DNA of 62,000 nt from Acanthaster planci (GCF_001949145.1 NW_019091403.1:434001-496000); one strand, 5' to 3'; shown: positions 37,368 to 51,654, counted from the stretch's first letter. Notes: generated from the sequence alone by a model not told the origin. Made by a program: numbers and translations.

Positions 37368-37588
37368 GGGCGAGGGGAGTGGCTACATAGCTCCGCCCAC
37401 AGTCACCTGAGGCAGTTATGGTGGTACAGTGTTACTTCCTTGATACCAATTACGACCTTAATTACTTACAGTTCAAATGGTGTGCCAGTCCCTGAATATA
37501 TACATTTTACAGAGAGGTCAGTTGTTGACATTCGAAATAGACAATTCTATCCTTTTTTCCCAAAGTGTCCATGCAAAAGGGCACTACA
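37368..37588 (+). promoter_or_regulatory. Candidate internal promoter plus short first exon (MQKGTT, 37571-37588)
   Basis: GC boxes GGGCGAGGGGAG (37368) and CTCCGCCCAC (37391-37400), donor ACA|GTGAGT at 37588/37589. ATG 37571 ends in phase 0, in frame with exon 40055 located 2.5 kb downstream. Confidence 0.4.
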
Positions 37589-40054
37589 GTGAGTAAATTT
37601 GCTTTACGTTGGTAACTTGTTTCTTGTGGTAATAATTGGTATGTAGCCATACTTCCAACTTCATCTGCTATGGCGTCTCTCTCCGACTTTGAAACACTCT
37701 TGTTTTCCCTGGTTCCCTCTTTTTTTCTCCTCCAATCTTCCATCCTTCCTGTCTACCTTCCTCCATCACCAGTTGAAACTTCATCCTCCAGCCCCCATTT
37801 CCATCTTCAATTCCAGTCTCTTTCCTCATGCCAACTGTTCATTTTCCCCCCCTGCTTTCTGTCTCTCTCTTATTTTGTTTTTTCCTCCTCCCCTTCCCTT
37901 CATACTCTCGCGGCCCCAACTCCAGCTCAGCTAATATTGACATCAATTTGGCGCTTGTTTCCCAGGGCACTCCACGCGCCGTTTGGCAACACAGTGGGGT
38001 CTTGTTTGGCTTCCCCCTTGCGAGACGATACGCTCGCTCCTGATCAAATAGGACTCACTCTCCCCTCTTAAGCCCCCGTGCACTGCTCTCCCCCCCCCTC
38101 CATGCTCGGGTATCGGGTTGCGGGATCTGAACCGTTGCACCAGGGAGCAACTGCTCCCGTGATGCGATCGAAACAGACGCAGAGTTCTGTTTGTCTGGCC
38201 TGCCCGGTCTGTATACAAAGCCTTCCTAACTGTTGGAAGGCTTTCCCCCCACCGTGTTCCTCGATGTAACAATGACATCTCTTTGGAGACGTGCACTCTT
38301 ATCAGCGTTTCCAGATTACCTCAATGCCCGGCAATGTTTGCCCCAAAACTCGAGAAGCTGCTTGGCCAAATCTCGCACAAAGCCCTCCCTCGTGTTACCA
38401 CTATGGGACATCAAGTGTACTTTGCGTAGAGCCCAACATCCCTTGGTTCTCTGGCTTAGCACCGGTGAATTACAATTGGCAGAATATTTGCGCCAAGTTT
38501 GAGGGCTCGTGGAGTGGGGAGAGCAAAAGGATGTTGGTATTTGATTTCGGAGATGACTTGATAAGACTCCTTATTGTATTGCGATTTCATTAGATAGAAA
38601 TCTTGGTGCATTGATACAACTCGTAGGCTAATAATTCACACGAGGGAGGGGAACAGGACTTGTCAACACGATTTCCTAGCTCCGCAAGCAGGAAAAACCT
38701 TTAGCGATGGAATCATGTTTGGTAATGATAGAATGATGTACATGTCAGTTTCAGGTTCAGTTTAGAATCCGAGACCTCTTGAAAGCAGAGTGAAGAACCT
38801 GAAAATGGTGCAGAAACAAGAGATTTTCTAAGTACTTTCCGAGTCAAAAAAATCAAGACATTTCTCCGATATCAGTCATTTAAATATTTTCCTCTCTCTG
38901 ATAAATTCTCTATACTCCTGATGTTTTTCTCTTGAGTCGAAGCAGTTTGGAATTCAGAGAGTTAAATATGCTGCTTTGAAATTCATGTGTGAAGTATTTT
39001 TTTTTTTTTAGGTGGACAGTTCAGAAAAAGCACCACTTCAGTAAATCATTTACATGTACATGTATGCCTAAAAACATTTCTGTCATTGTATGCACAATTA
39101 TGAAAATATTTTAGCGTGCTGGTTTGATAAGCAATTTCCATTGTTATTCAAGGGTAGTATTACCGACAATATTCATTCAATAAAGTTTTGGGCTGGACGC
39201 TATTACAGTCCTTTAAGCATATCTTTAATTCACACCAATTTCTATTTTTCCCAGAAGTCTAGTCCCCGTCCTCTCCCCCACAATTATCGAGGGGGAAAAA
39301 ATTATCAAAATTCAGTAGACTCCAGCCACAGAATTTGATTTGCAAGTAAATACAGGGAAACACGGTTAAAAGCTGAATTGCCTCATGAATTTGTCACCTT
39401 CTCCTCGAGAACGCTTTGTTGCCGGGGCCCCGGCCGATACAACGGGCCGTGCGAATCCCACGAGGCTGGCTCATTAAAAAGTGCCAATGCGAACCTGGCA
39501 AACGCCCAATTTTTCTCGTGGGATGGTCTAGGTCCTAACCGTCCTAACAACAGGGGGGCCCCTGGGCACCTCTGTGCAATCTTCTTCCTGCGTGAGCACC
39601 TTCCCAGCAAAAAATGCGCCGAAGGCGCGAGTTGTGTGCATGCAGTCAAGCGTGCATCCAACGACAGTGGTTGTGCAATCAAGCGTAGGTTGCCTCTGCT
39701 GTTAGAGTGACAGTTTACTGTATTTGACATCAGATTATCAATATTTTTTCCAACCGGGATGTGTTTATTCGATTTCTTCTGTCAGTCTCAAGGAAAGGTT
39801 CAAATAAATGGGGCCACGAGGCAAAGTTTAATCCTTAAAATATTTTGTTTGTTTAAGTGATTGCAACTCTTTATTTGATCAGGATTTAGTGCTGTAAAAG
39901 TTGACATACATTTTTCCAAATGTGCATGGAAATAAAAATCCCATGCATATTTGTATTTCCTGATTGGTTAAAAGAGTGAAAATCATCATTGGTGTTTTGC
40001 CAGAAAGGAAATCAGAGATGTAAAATGTTACTGTTTCCTTGAACTATCCTGCAG

Positions 40055-40119
40055 GAATCTGGAGACAGGCAGCATAGTGGTTCCTCCTTGACCAGCACTG
40101 GAAGTGACAGCTCCTCTGG
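40055..40119 (+). CDS. Internal coding exon B: ESGDRQHSGSSLTSTGSDSSS(G)
   Basis: Acceptor TTTCCTTGAACTATCCTGCAG, donor TGG|GTGAGT, 65 nt, phase 0 to 2. It exactly bridges exon A to exon C. Not in the ORF track. Confidence 0.8.
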
Positions 40120-41059
40120 GTGAGTACAAACAACAAGCTGTTACCCCTGATCATCAGGCTTGTAGTAAATCCCGGAAAATTTGTCCAACCATGCACAGCA
40201 GTGCAGTTCCACATCACTTGCAATCTCATTTGACTATTGGTATATGTGAACATAAAAAACTACATATATGTTACCTGTATGTTTTTGGACAAATGTGGTA
40301 AAACATCTTGCTTGTGGACAGATGAATGTCCAAATGCATTTGGGCAGATACATGTAGGCATAATGAAGTCTTTTCTTTTTTCGGGGTGGGGATGTGTGAA
40401 CAATGATTCAGTTGGTTAATTCATGTTTTGGAGAAGCCAGATGCTAGGAATGGATAAATTGGCATCACAAGAGGGCGCTGTTCAATGTGGCTGACTCTAG
40501 TCTACAGCAGAAAGTTTTGCATGACTTTCATGGCTCATGTGCTTGTGGTAATACAAATATGTACATGATGCATGTATCTGTCATTGGACAGATGCTTTAA
40601 CCTGAATTTTTGGTGAGTGAAGGATGCGGAAAGTCAACAGGAAACAAAAAGTGCATTTGACTTACAGTTACAAGTATAAACAGTTGAATTAAGCAATTCA
40701 AAGGTTTCTTCAACCGGGGATGAGATTTGTCAGGCTTTTTCCAGATTTCAGAATTGTTCAAACAATTTTTTTTTTAAATTTTGGAATATCCAAAGTTTAG
40801 CAATGTGAACTTGTGATGCGTAAAAGTTAATAAAGAACACAAGAAATGGGTTTGTTAAGGGATGCCTTTAGGGAAACACAAATGTACATCAAAGACCCTG
40901 CACCACTGTGGGGCCCGCAAAAGGTCTTGCTGTGGATTTTCAATTTTCCTCCAATCGCACCCTTTTTCAACAGATTTTTTTTTCTCAGCTTGTGAAAATC
41001 AGAAGTTCCAAAATTTCCAACATAAAAGCATACCTGCATTCTCCTTTTTTCAGTCATAT

Positions 41060-41103
41060 TTATCTGAAACCTTTTGAGTTCCTTATCTGAAACCTTTTGA
41101 GTT
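41060..41103. repeat. Tandem duplication, 23-bp period
   Basis: TTATCTGAAACCTTTTGAGTT occurs twice, separated by CC. Confidence 0.8.
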
Positions 41104-44100
41104 GTGGAAAAATCAAATACAAATGTTACTAGTCCTACTGACAAAATACTAGTATGCTCTGCCTTTTAGAAACAACTTTAAAAAGCCGGTTAAGACACTT
41201 TTCAATCCTTAAATTTCTAAGGGAGAAGTGTATTTTTGCTCTTGATTTTCATAACAGAAGATAGTCTTAGATCTGTTGAAATGTACTCAAAACATTTTTC
41301 TTCCATTTTCGAGCTGTATTTTAAAAATTGTCTCTTCTCTAAAGTCCTGAAAGATTCTTGTGTTTTGTAAGAGTGGTTGTGTGTATAGGCAAAGACAACA
41401 ATTGAAAACAAAGTGTGGTTAAAGACTGGCGTCGCAGGAACCCCGCTGCTGAATTCCCAATCGTAGTTTGCAATTGAAGAGGAAATTGAGGAATCCTTTA
41501 ATGCAGATGCACCTCCCCTGATGAAGTCTCGCACAGCAATTTCTCTTGAAATAGCTCCATCCTTGAAAGAACATCTTCTCACTACATTAACTTTTATTTT
41601 TTGCGGGTCTGCCTCTCAGGAAATTTGAAATGTCAGCTGTTAAACACAATTTGTTGTTGTAAACTGAAAGGATGTTGGTATGACATTTACTCAAGCTCTT
41701 TTTTTTTCTTGCGAGTGTACCTTAGTAAAAAGTTAAGTGGAGATTGTTTTGTTAGGCAACAGTTTTAAGAGTTGGTGCTTTGCCAAAAACAAAACTCTGT
41801 CTGTCCAACATTTTAATTTACACGTGTTTTACTTGATTTCAAGAAAGAGGTTTTAGACACACGGTATCGGATAAGTTGATTTCCAGGAGTGTTTGTGTTG
41901 CTTGTTGTCAGGAAAATAATATGTATGGAATATTGATTTGTGACATTGCTGTATCCCCACCGCTCTTGCCAGTATCCAGACTGTTTAGACATCCCCATTT
42001 TGTGTTTCATGCTCTCATCTTGTGCTGGAAAATATTTGTGGCCGACTCACAAAATAGGGGCAGATTATACACGTATGTGAATGCTTGTAGCATTTCTGGA
42101 AATTTGGGAGATGGAGCAGTATTGTCTCGAGTGAATAGGACAAAACTGATTCAGAGCGATCACAAGCCAGTTTCCGCCAAGAACAATGTTTGATCAGCAT
42201 GCACGTACATGACAGACGATTACGTACGGATTAAGGTTTGACCTTTCAAATGCCATCTATTTTAGGACTTTGATAGCCAAGCACATTCATTTTTCTTCCT
42301 GTCCTTGCACTTCTTGTAGCAACAGACGTCATGTTTTGGGTCCATGCCAGTTTTTTTTTTTGGGGGGGGGGAGTTTTGAAGGTTGTGTGTTTTGGTGTTT
42401 TTTGAATAGAATGTAGTCAGAGTATGTTACTCTCAGAAATTGAATCCATTGAATTCATGCCTTAAGTTTCCGTCTTCTCTGAGAGAATTTTTCTCCAATT
42501 AAAATTGACATTTACAAGAGTAATAGAACTGTTCAAAGGTTCAACATGATCTTTTGACAAGTGGTACAATCTGGCATAGCATACGGGAAGCAGTCTGTTT
42601 CCTATCTTCTGCTTCCGTTGCTCGGTATAACTTCCCATTACCCAACAGATGTTGAAGGTCAGTTCCCCATGAATATAAGAGAAAGAAAGTCAACATTAAG
42701 AGGAGAGGGAAATGGAGACTGTGGTGTGTCAGACTTTGAAATTGACTGGCAAAACTTTGTAGGACCCATCATATCCTTCATCGGCCTTCAATCTGGGTTT
42801 GAAGTCAGCCCCAATGGAAGTGAGTAATCGACACCAGAGATTTCCTGGCCGGGGAACTCTGATTGGGCCGTACATGTAGTTCTCATTCCTCCTAACCAGA
42901 AAGAAACTGAAAGATAGTTCCACCTCATCAGAACCACATTTTGGCATTGAAGCCAGAGTCGGGGAAAATTTGGAACACAATTTGTGCCTCTGGATTATGG
43001 TGGTGTTGTGGATTCGATGCATTGTCACACCAGCTAACAGAGTGAAGGCATGCATGGCAAACAAAGCCTCCGGAGTTGGTGAAAAGCAAGCAGTGGGTGG
43101 TGTGCGGCAGAGTGGGCTGCAGTACCTTTGAAATTGTTTCAGCCGAGTTGGACATGTGGAAAAACAGCTTTCAGCAGTGCCAGCAGGAAATGACAATGGA
43201 CGCACTGTGAAAGTACACCGTAAAGCAACAACAAAAGTTACTCAACTTCGCAGCATGCCCACATGCGCTCAAACTTATCAGGGTGTTGCTCAAACGTCTT
43301 GTGGGGGGTTTGTTAATCCGTTCTTGACGAAATAGGATAGGTGGTTGCTACTGATTTGGATCCTTCCCAAGTTGCTAATTAAAGCGCGGCTTATCACAAC
43401 TTTGGACTGACTTTTCTAGGCCGGAGAGCAACATTTAAAAAGAGTTTCGTACAATGCACTGCATTGGTGACTAAATGTGAAGCAATAGTGGAGAGAAGTG
43501 TGTGAGAGGCAAGGGGACTGGACTAGTTGTCTGCACTGTGAGCTGAACTTGTGTTTGTGCCTGGAAGTTAAGATGTCTGGCGTGCGTTGGAAAATCAAGA
43601 AATGGCGGAGAGGAGAGACTCGGAAAGGGTGAGAGAGTGATTTTTCTTATGTCAGTCACTTTTTCCTGTCATCCGAATGGTTGCTTATCCACTTACTCTA
43701 TTACGGACTTCGTGTACTTGACCTTGGCATAACTTGCTCTTTACACTGGATATGTACACGTACTGGTACTAGTACATGAACAGTCTCATTGATGTGTACA
43801 TTCGCTCTGTTTAGAGATTGTTGGTGTGTTTTAGGGCTTATTCGTTTCCTATCATTTCATTAATTATTTGCACTGCCTTATTTCTGTCTTTCTTTTGACA
43901 TTTTCTACTTATTTGGTGTGTGTGTGTTGACACATTTTACTCAGTTTTATTTGCTCTTCCTAGTATGGTGATTTTTTAGAAATTAATTCTTTTTTTTTCA
44001 AGTTTAAGTTGCCCCATCCATTCACCTCTGTGATCCTTTCCCAATGGATGGCATCAGGGGCATGTCCAGGATAAATGACGAGGGTGGTCGTGCCAGTCTT

Positions 44101-46372
44101 GACCCACAACACACCCCATGATGACACAGACATAGATGTAGGATTCCTTAATTTTTTTCTGCCCTTTAATTTTATCCCCACCAGGTATCATCTTGCGCAA
44201 ACTGCATATAATTAATATATTATTGATCCCCACGCTGGTAATGATTCCAGGTCGGGCAATCATCGGCGGAGACTACTTGTCTGGGACTTATCTACTCAAA
44301 CAAAAAAAAAGTGCTTATGATGTCGTCAATCCTTTCGTCGGGCTCATTGTTAATTCATGTAAAGGGCTTATGCCACTGTGTAAATGCCATCCGAAAACTT
44401 ATATATGAAATTTTTGATAATGGATATTCAGCAAGGGAATGGCAAAGCCAAAGAGGAAATGGATAATATGAGTAATGTTTTAATTGGTTAGACGTTACAG
44501 GAGGGGGAAACAGCTTGGTTATTATAGGTTAGGGGAGGTACATGTAGACCGTCTTGTGTGGTGCTGTGCCACATTTTGGAAATAGTTTAGAATTTTTTTA
44601 GCCTGGAGGACAATGTTGGGAATGATGACACAACATCTTGGATAGGGAACCAGACTGGGCCATTTATTAACAATTTGCCCAGGACTGTTAAAGCAACTCT
44701 TTCTTTGAGTCTAGGAAAATGAGGCTACCACCCCATGGTAAACATACAACCACTTTGAGGGTCCCACTTTGTACAAATTTCCCAAAAATAAAAGCTTGCC
44801 TTCCTGTTCAAGTAGTCCAGCCCTCTTTTTTTTTTTTTTTTACAAAATCTCCCGTTCTTGGGCCATAAAAGAGTAGAGAAATTAAGGACAAACCGTAACT
44901 CGGTCTATCTAGGCTGTTCTGTGCCTGAGCATAGGTCTGCAGCCCGAGACAACTTCATAATTTGTGTTTGATTGCAACCAAGAACGTAGAGAAATTCAGA
45001 TACGAAGAATTTTTTGCACCAGTTTTTTTTCCATAAGAAAAACTTGTGTGAGTGTTTGTTTGTTTTATCAATGTACTTTATGGTTTGCAAAGATCATTCA
45101 TGAGTTTTTTATTGTGTAAAAAATGTTAGCAATTTCCGTACTGGAACGTATCCTGTCAGTAGTGTACGGTACATGTAGGCGCGTGGGTGGCAGTAGGGAT
45201 TTTGTTTGCCAGACAGTGCCCCATCATGCCTTGCATTCCAAAACTTTTTGGAATGACTTCACTGAAACTGGTGTGTCTTTGTAAATTGCAAGTGGGTTTT
45301 TTCCAAACTTGGTTTCTTTTGTAACTTTAGGCCTGTGAGTTGAGACCCTGCGGCCCAATGCAGCACTGTTGTCTGCCACAGAAGCAACAAGTTGTCTATA
45401 CTCAGTCCCAAGCTTGGAATATGTTATCTTTGGTTGCCAGGCCAAATGTTAAGCCACAGTTGTGGAGCAATAGGTGAAGACCAGCCCAAGATGAAGTTCA
45501 GATTTTGGACTCCGGGAAATCCCCAAACCATCCCACTGTTCAAGTGATGGTTACCAAGTCTGATCTGTATTGAGATAAGTATGTTTTGAAATGCCAAAGT
45601 TAAAAAAAAAAAAAACCTTTGGGAGAGCGAAGTGTAATTCATTTATCAGTGAAGATTAATGATTTTTCGGTCCAAAGTCCATGTTTAGCCTGAAGGGGCT
45701 GTCCCTTTGTGACATATCAAAGGGCCAAATGCAGAACATAATATGTCAAATTAATGTCTGGCATACCTCTTTGTACATTCCACGTTTGGTAATGATAAGT
45801 GGGCGGAGCTTCGGCTGTTGCCAGTGGTATTGTGGCCTCAGGGCACCTCAAGGGGCGATTGCTTTGTCATTGTTGTACTTTTAGAACAAGTTGGACAACT
45901 TGTAAACAGAACATTTTGATTGTAGACAGTCCATAGTCCTCATGGTGTTTTTCACCGATGCCGCTCGCCACACCTTTATTTACTTCCTTCAGATATTAAA
46001 ATCACAGAGTGGTGTTCACTGTTTCAAATACTCTGTCAGTTTGCTTGAAGTTGAGCTCCACCTGTGGGAGACTGAGAGGGTTGTCTCAGGTGAAGTAGGA
46101 CAGCCTTTTATCAGTGTTCCTGAACTTGGTTACAGTTTCTTTAAATTCTCCTCCAATTGAAATTCAAATATGGATGAGGAGCATTGTGTTCATGACGAGG
46201 ACAAAATTCCTCAGAGAAGGAGGTCCGTGCCGCATCACTTTGGCCGAACAAAGCAGAATTTCTCAGAGCAGTGGCATAGGGCGACAACTTGGTGCTCAGC
46301 GCTCACTGAATCGAAGAAGTAAGTAGCAAAGAGACTCAGAGGCAAACAAAGGGGGGGGATTCACTTGAAAGA

Positions 46373-46535
46373 GCTGGGGTTGCATCTGTCACAAGTTGCT
46401 ACTAGTCGCTGCAAGTCCAACATTAGTCATCCAGTCACAAGCTAAATCACAGACTGTTCAGATGAACTGTAACAGAAGTGACTGATCTTGTGACTGGAAG
46501 GGTGCTTGGCGACTTGTGATGAAGTTGACTACAGC
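46373..46535. repeat. ~160-bp imperfect palindrome (foldback element) with GTCACAAG/CTTGTGAC motifs
   Basis: TCCAGTCACAAGCTAAATCAC (46430-46450) pairs with GTGACTGATCTTGTGACTGGA (46478-46498). Outer arms are also inversely similar. Confidence 0.6.
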
Positions 46536-49500
46536 CTTGCCCCAGACTTTGGCCAGTCTACTTGACTACCTCGGTTCCCAGACCAAACAAATCCTGACGG
46601 TGTTTATCACCCGTCAAATGATTGAGACTTAATCATCGTAGTAAATGAATGGCCGTGTTGAGACAACCAAATCGAACCCAAAATTTCACAGACAGAAACA
46701 AACTGAAAATCGTCCATTGTGACAACTAATGATGAGATGGGTTGAGTGAAGCCGTATGTGCAAAATGGGGCTCAGAGAAGGCGTTTTCAGGATGTCTCCA
46801 CTTTTTTGGTGAGTAGTCATGGGGCCAGGGATAAGAAGGCAGTCCTGTAAACTAGCCCCAGTCTGGGGCTAACCACGGCCCTGCTCATTTCAGGTATGCG
46901 TCTGGGTGCGCGAACAGCTGTTTTTCAGGTGGGTGAAGAATGTTATCGGTGTCTTGTATGCACAGAAATTGTGACCTCAGTTGTGACTGCGGTCGGTTTG
47001 TGTGTCTTGAGGGGAATGAGAATACGACAGACCAACCCACGTCACATTTGGCATTCCATGGGTCTTCTCGACCATACAAAATGGAAGTCATGGCGGTATA
47101 AAGATGACTCACTCTATTAGTTGGTCCAGCCATGGTCCAGCTGTGGAAAGAAATGCCCAGCAATTTCTGGCTTTTATTTTGACTGAAATGGTTCAACCTT
47201 GCATTGTGATTTGTTTGTTTCCCTGGTAACATGAGTGAACCGACAGCTACCATTACAGGTGGCCATTTTGGATGCCCAAGTTTGTTATGAACATGAAAAT
47301 ACAATCAAGAATTAGAAAATAACTTAGAAGCCCTCTTTTCCAATTTTGCATTTGCACAATTTGCATACCTAATTTTTTTCAAATTAATTTTTAAAAACTT
47401 CACAGAGAGCATAAAGTTAGACTGTGTAGCGTAAGGTCCCTGTGCCAAAATTTGCTGTGTTCACTGAGCTGCGACTGTATCCTGGATACAGTCAGTCAGT
47501 CACCTCAGTCCCCCCCCTTCTCATCATGTGATCGCCTGACCCATAGTCCTTCTGACCTTGGGCTTTCTAACTCCAAGCCATAACCTGGAGATGGACCAAC
47601 AACTTTCTATTTTTATCCAATCATGCTTGTTCTCTCAGTAAAGCATTTGTATCCTATGGTCTGACTCCAATGGCAATGGAAAATTTTCAGGAGGGGTTAA
47701 TATAAACCATGAATGGCCAGGGTCACAAATAGACAAGGTTTAGTCCGCTGGATAAATATATGATAGGGCTTTTCCCCTGTCGTGACATGCATGAAATATA
47801 CTTTTCAGCGTAAAAAAAGAAACCTGAATTTACTGAATCAGTGTGGTATGGCCGGCTCTGGGGATTTTTAGTTGGAAAAACCCCTCTTGGAAAGGCCCCG
47901 CTGCTGGTTCACTTTGACCGTTCTTGATCTGTGCCCCGCCGAGCTAGGTTTTGAACCTTTCCAGAGTTGAATTGTATTCCTGAACAGGAAGTAGTCGTTC
48001 ATGCTCGGTAAGTCAGCTCTTATGTTAACAGGGTATTTCCCAGTGATGTCATTGGATCGCCTGGAAGTGTATTGTTCGGTGAGAAACTGAAAAATTCTGG
48101 TGCCCAGTTTGCCCTTGAAATATTTTGCTGTTAACTTCCTCATGCTTAGAAGCTAATAATGGTTAGACTTGGTTGCTCTTTGTAATTGGATGGTGCTGTG
48201 CTGCATCATAAATTTTGAGGAAATCTGTTTGTTGACATGCACAAATCCCATCTGAACTTGTAAAGACACCAAGCCTTAAAAGCAGGATTTCTGGTTGCTC
48301 AGACGTTTCTGTGCTGTTCCAAGTTTATGCAACTGGGGCATTTCTCACCAAAGTTCTGTTACATACCGAGCAAAAAAGGAAGAAAAAGGGTTACCAGCAG
48401 ACTAGTACTGGAGACCGGTTACCCGCTCATTTCTGCGTAGCACAAATTTCTGCCAAGCAATGTTCTACTTGATTTGTCTGCATGTCTGTGGAGCCGTTTG
48501 CTTGCCATTGCTGGGTCATTGTTGTAGAAAGGTCCTTTCACTCGTCCAGTAACAAGTCCTTTCAGAAGGCCAGTCGTATAAGTAAACGGGTGAACAGTGA
48601 CAAGAGAACACTTTGGTCACAGGTCCTTTACGTAGCTTGTGACTTGGTTTTAAGACTGAATGACTTGTGGCCAGCTTGCAGACTTGTGATGGACTTGATT
48701 ACATCGTTGACCATTGGTTGGCACAGAGGGCAAATATTCACCTCATCGCATCAAGCAGTACAATGAGAACGAGAAAGAAGCCGCAGAATTTGCATAAAGG
48801 AACTGTAGACACTGAACGATGGAAAGCGTGCATGCAAACATCAATTCATTGGGCCAGGAAATACGCTAAAAAAGACAGGGTCTGTTTCGTGAAAGAATTT
48901 TTCTATGTGTATCTGTGCCAGAGTTCATGACATGATAAAAAGCAGCATGCCAGGCTAGACCTGTGTGTTTCTGTCTATTGTGGATGAAAACCTTGATGGA
49001 ATGAAGATCGGGCTTGTGCAGATGTCCCCGTGTCCTTTGAGCCTGAAATCCATTGTTATGGAATTTGGTTGGCTGGTCACATGTTTACATATTGACTTCT
49101 GTGTTTTTTCATTCAATCATTTGCTCGTTTTTTTTCTTATTTTCCTTTAGTCTTTCTGTTAGTGTGCATGGCTGCTCATGAGAATATTCATCCCAGCTAT
49201 TCAAACCTCAGTCAATAATTTTTTTTATTAAAGAAAAAAGAAATAAAGTTATCCTTCAGAGCTTGTGTTGGTATTCCCTTCACATGGGCATATACCACCA
49301 CAAACGAAAAAAAACCAAAGGATCCAAAATGTTAACATTTCAGTAATATTCTCATATTTCTGCCCCCCCCCTTGGTGGCACCTTGATTCCAACCACAAAT
49401 TCAGTTGTAACAACTTGCAGAATACACGTAGCCTTACTTTGAAACCCATTGTGTGCATGGAGTGGGTTGTGTTACCGGTTTTCGGAGCCCACAGGTTAAA

Positions 49501-50456
49501 CTTTCAACTGTCCGTACCTTGGAAAGTTTCCACCAGTATGGTGGACACCTTGCATTTTTCCTGAATTTTTACTTCCTGTTCTGGGCTTTTGATTTGCTTT
49601 GAAGTAGTTATTTATGTAAAGCGAGCAGAAGGTGCAGTAGGTCTGTATGAAAGCATGTGATGGGCTTGTGGTGTTAGCTCAAAAGACAATTTTGCTCCTG
49701 TTCTTTGTCCGTTGCTGGTCTTTCTACACGTCTGTGTTTTTGTTGCCCAGTGAATCGAGGCACCGTGGGCGGTTGCTGCAGACAGGCCTGGCATGTCACT
49801 TTGTCGAAAATACGAGGAAATGTCCGGTAATGTGAGAACTGCGGCTGTGGGACTGATTGAAGTAATTTGTAAAATTCAGAAATCAACGTTTTGGCTGTTG
49901 CTGGCGATTGTGGCTTGAAGTCAAGGAGGTAGCCCTAAGTTGCCGTGTGAAAAATGGCACACAGATGGTTGAGACGGATGTCCCTTTCGGCTCCCAACTT
50001 GGGCACAGAGACATTACAGACAAATGAGTAAGTACAGGTTGTGTGCACGTGACTCAGGCAGTGCCTCCTGGGGTCCATGTCAGAGGTTGTTTTTATGTTT
50101 TGGGGACTGGAGCTACAAATGAGGAGCGGGTCCAGTTTGAAGTCTTAGCTCTTGGAACAAAGTTCCAGGTGTCTGGAGACTTCCTCGGTGGCCAAGGGAA
50201 TCACAGGTTACATTTGGCAGACTCGGACAGCATCGGTGATGATGTCATCATTAGTGGCTGCGGCGGTTCATTCTCCAAGGATCAACCTTGCCGCTTTGGT
50301 TCTGCCCCCTTTTGGCACCCATCTGAATGCATTGATAGCAAACGAGCAGTTGCATAGGTGCAACGTATTCTTGGTGTTGAGCCTCGCGTTTTAGTTAGGG
50401 TTGGATTTTGGATATTGATCCGTAAATTTGTTCTTTTTGTCTTTTTTCCCACACAG

Positions 50457-50503
50457 GCCGACATCTCCGGAGCACGCAATGAGCACAACAACAGAGGATG
50501 GAG
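50457..50503 (+). CDS. Internal coding exon C: PTSPEHAMSTTTEDG
   Basis: Very strong acceptor TTCTTTTTGTCTTTTTTCCCACACAG, donor GAG|GTAAGA, 47 nt, phase 2 to 1. Confidence 0.85.
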
Positions 50504-51586
50504 GTAAGATATCAGAGCTTATTTATCCAAAACTTTGCTCACTTTCTGGGTGCATTTCTGCCCAGAAACTTCAAGTACTCCATCCAAAACTAATTCCTCC
50601 CCTTCCTGTCTATTGAAATCACTGAAAAGTCACATAGATTGATCCCCGGACCAGGATAAGATTCCACCGCTTTGATGACATCATACTAATTACATTGAGT
50701 GCTACATGCATCTTTAGCTAACAGGTGTTGTGGCTTAAAAAGGCATGTGCACTTTGAGTACAGGTGTGATGTTACCAAGATCGAAACACCTCTTCAGATT
50801 GTTCTGTAAGTCTGCATTTTATGAGAAGAGAACGGCAGCTCTGAAAGATGGTGACTGCTCAAAAGCCCTTTTCTTGCCCCACACAAATTTGTCGTTGGTC
50901 TCGTAATTTTGCCGAACTATGTTCTCCAGAGCAGGTGATATTTTTGTCCCTTTTTTTCCGCTAGTGAAGATGTTGCTTTTGATTGATCATTTTCCCTGGG
51001 GTGCAATGATTTGATAGTTGTGCAGGATCATCAATAATGTGCGATGGAGTCAGTTCTGGGGGAGGGGGGCGATAATTTACAGAGCTGTCATAGACAGCCA
51101 CTGGCGGAAACCGCTTTAACCACGCATTTCCTGTCTGGTACGAGTAAGGATGAGTTATTTTCCCATTGACCACAAACGACCGAGGGACAGGAACAGAAGG
51201 GGAAGAAAGGAAAAAAACCCTGTCATCGAAGAGCACAGAGTCAGGAAACCAACTCCAGATGACAGGTCCCCCGCTAGGTTTTTTTTTTGCAGTGACACAC
51301 CTGATGGAGAGAGTGATATGTCAAAAAGATGTCATCAAGATTAATTACTCTGGATTTTCGGGGCTATTGAGTCGTTTTACACTCGCTACTGGATTTTTCT
51401 GCCAAAGACATTTCCAGATTCAGTTGGAATACCGCACTTGAGGCCAAAACTGCATCCCTGTTTAAACGTGTCTTTCAAAATACTTCCCTGTACATTACAA
51501 ATGTAAACTGAGTCCTTGAAATTACCACTCCAAAAATTGTTCTTTCAAACCCCACAAAACAAAGGAAAGATATTAAGTTTGTAGCA

Positions 51587-51654
51587 GTCAGGACTATGTA
51601 CTATTGAATGTCAGGACTATGTACTATTGAATGTCAGGACTATGTACTATTGAA
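51587..51654. repeat. Minisatellite, 3 x 23 bp
   Basis: GTCAGGACTATGTACTATTGAAT three times; identical except the last base of unit 3. Confidence 0.95.

Noticed and set aside
42729..43205. 158-aa - strand ORF
   Set aside because: Non-ATG start and no recognisable homology or splice support.
50043..50357. 104-aa ORF with protein-like wording just upstream of exon C
   Set aside because: Non-ATG start, no convincing acceptor/donor pair, stops before exon C.
51587..51654. CRISPR array
   Set aside because: Head-to-tail tandem units with no spacers, eukaryotic context, no cas genes.
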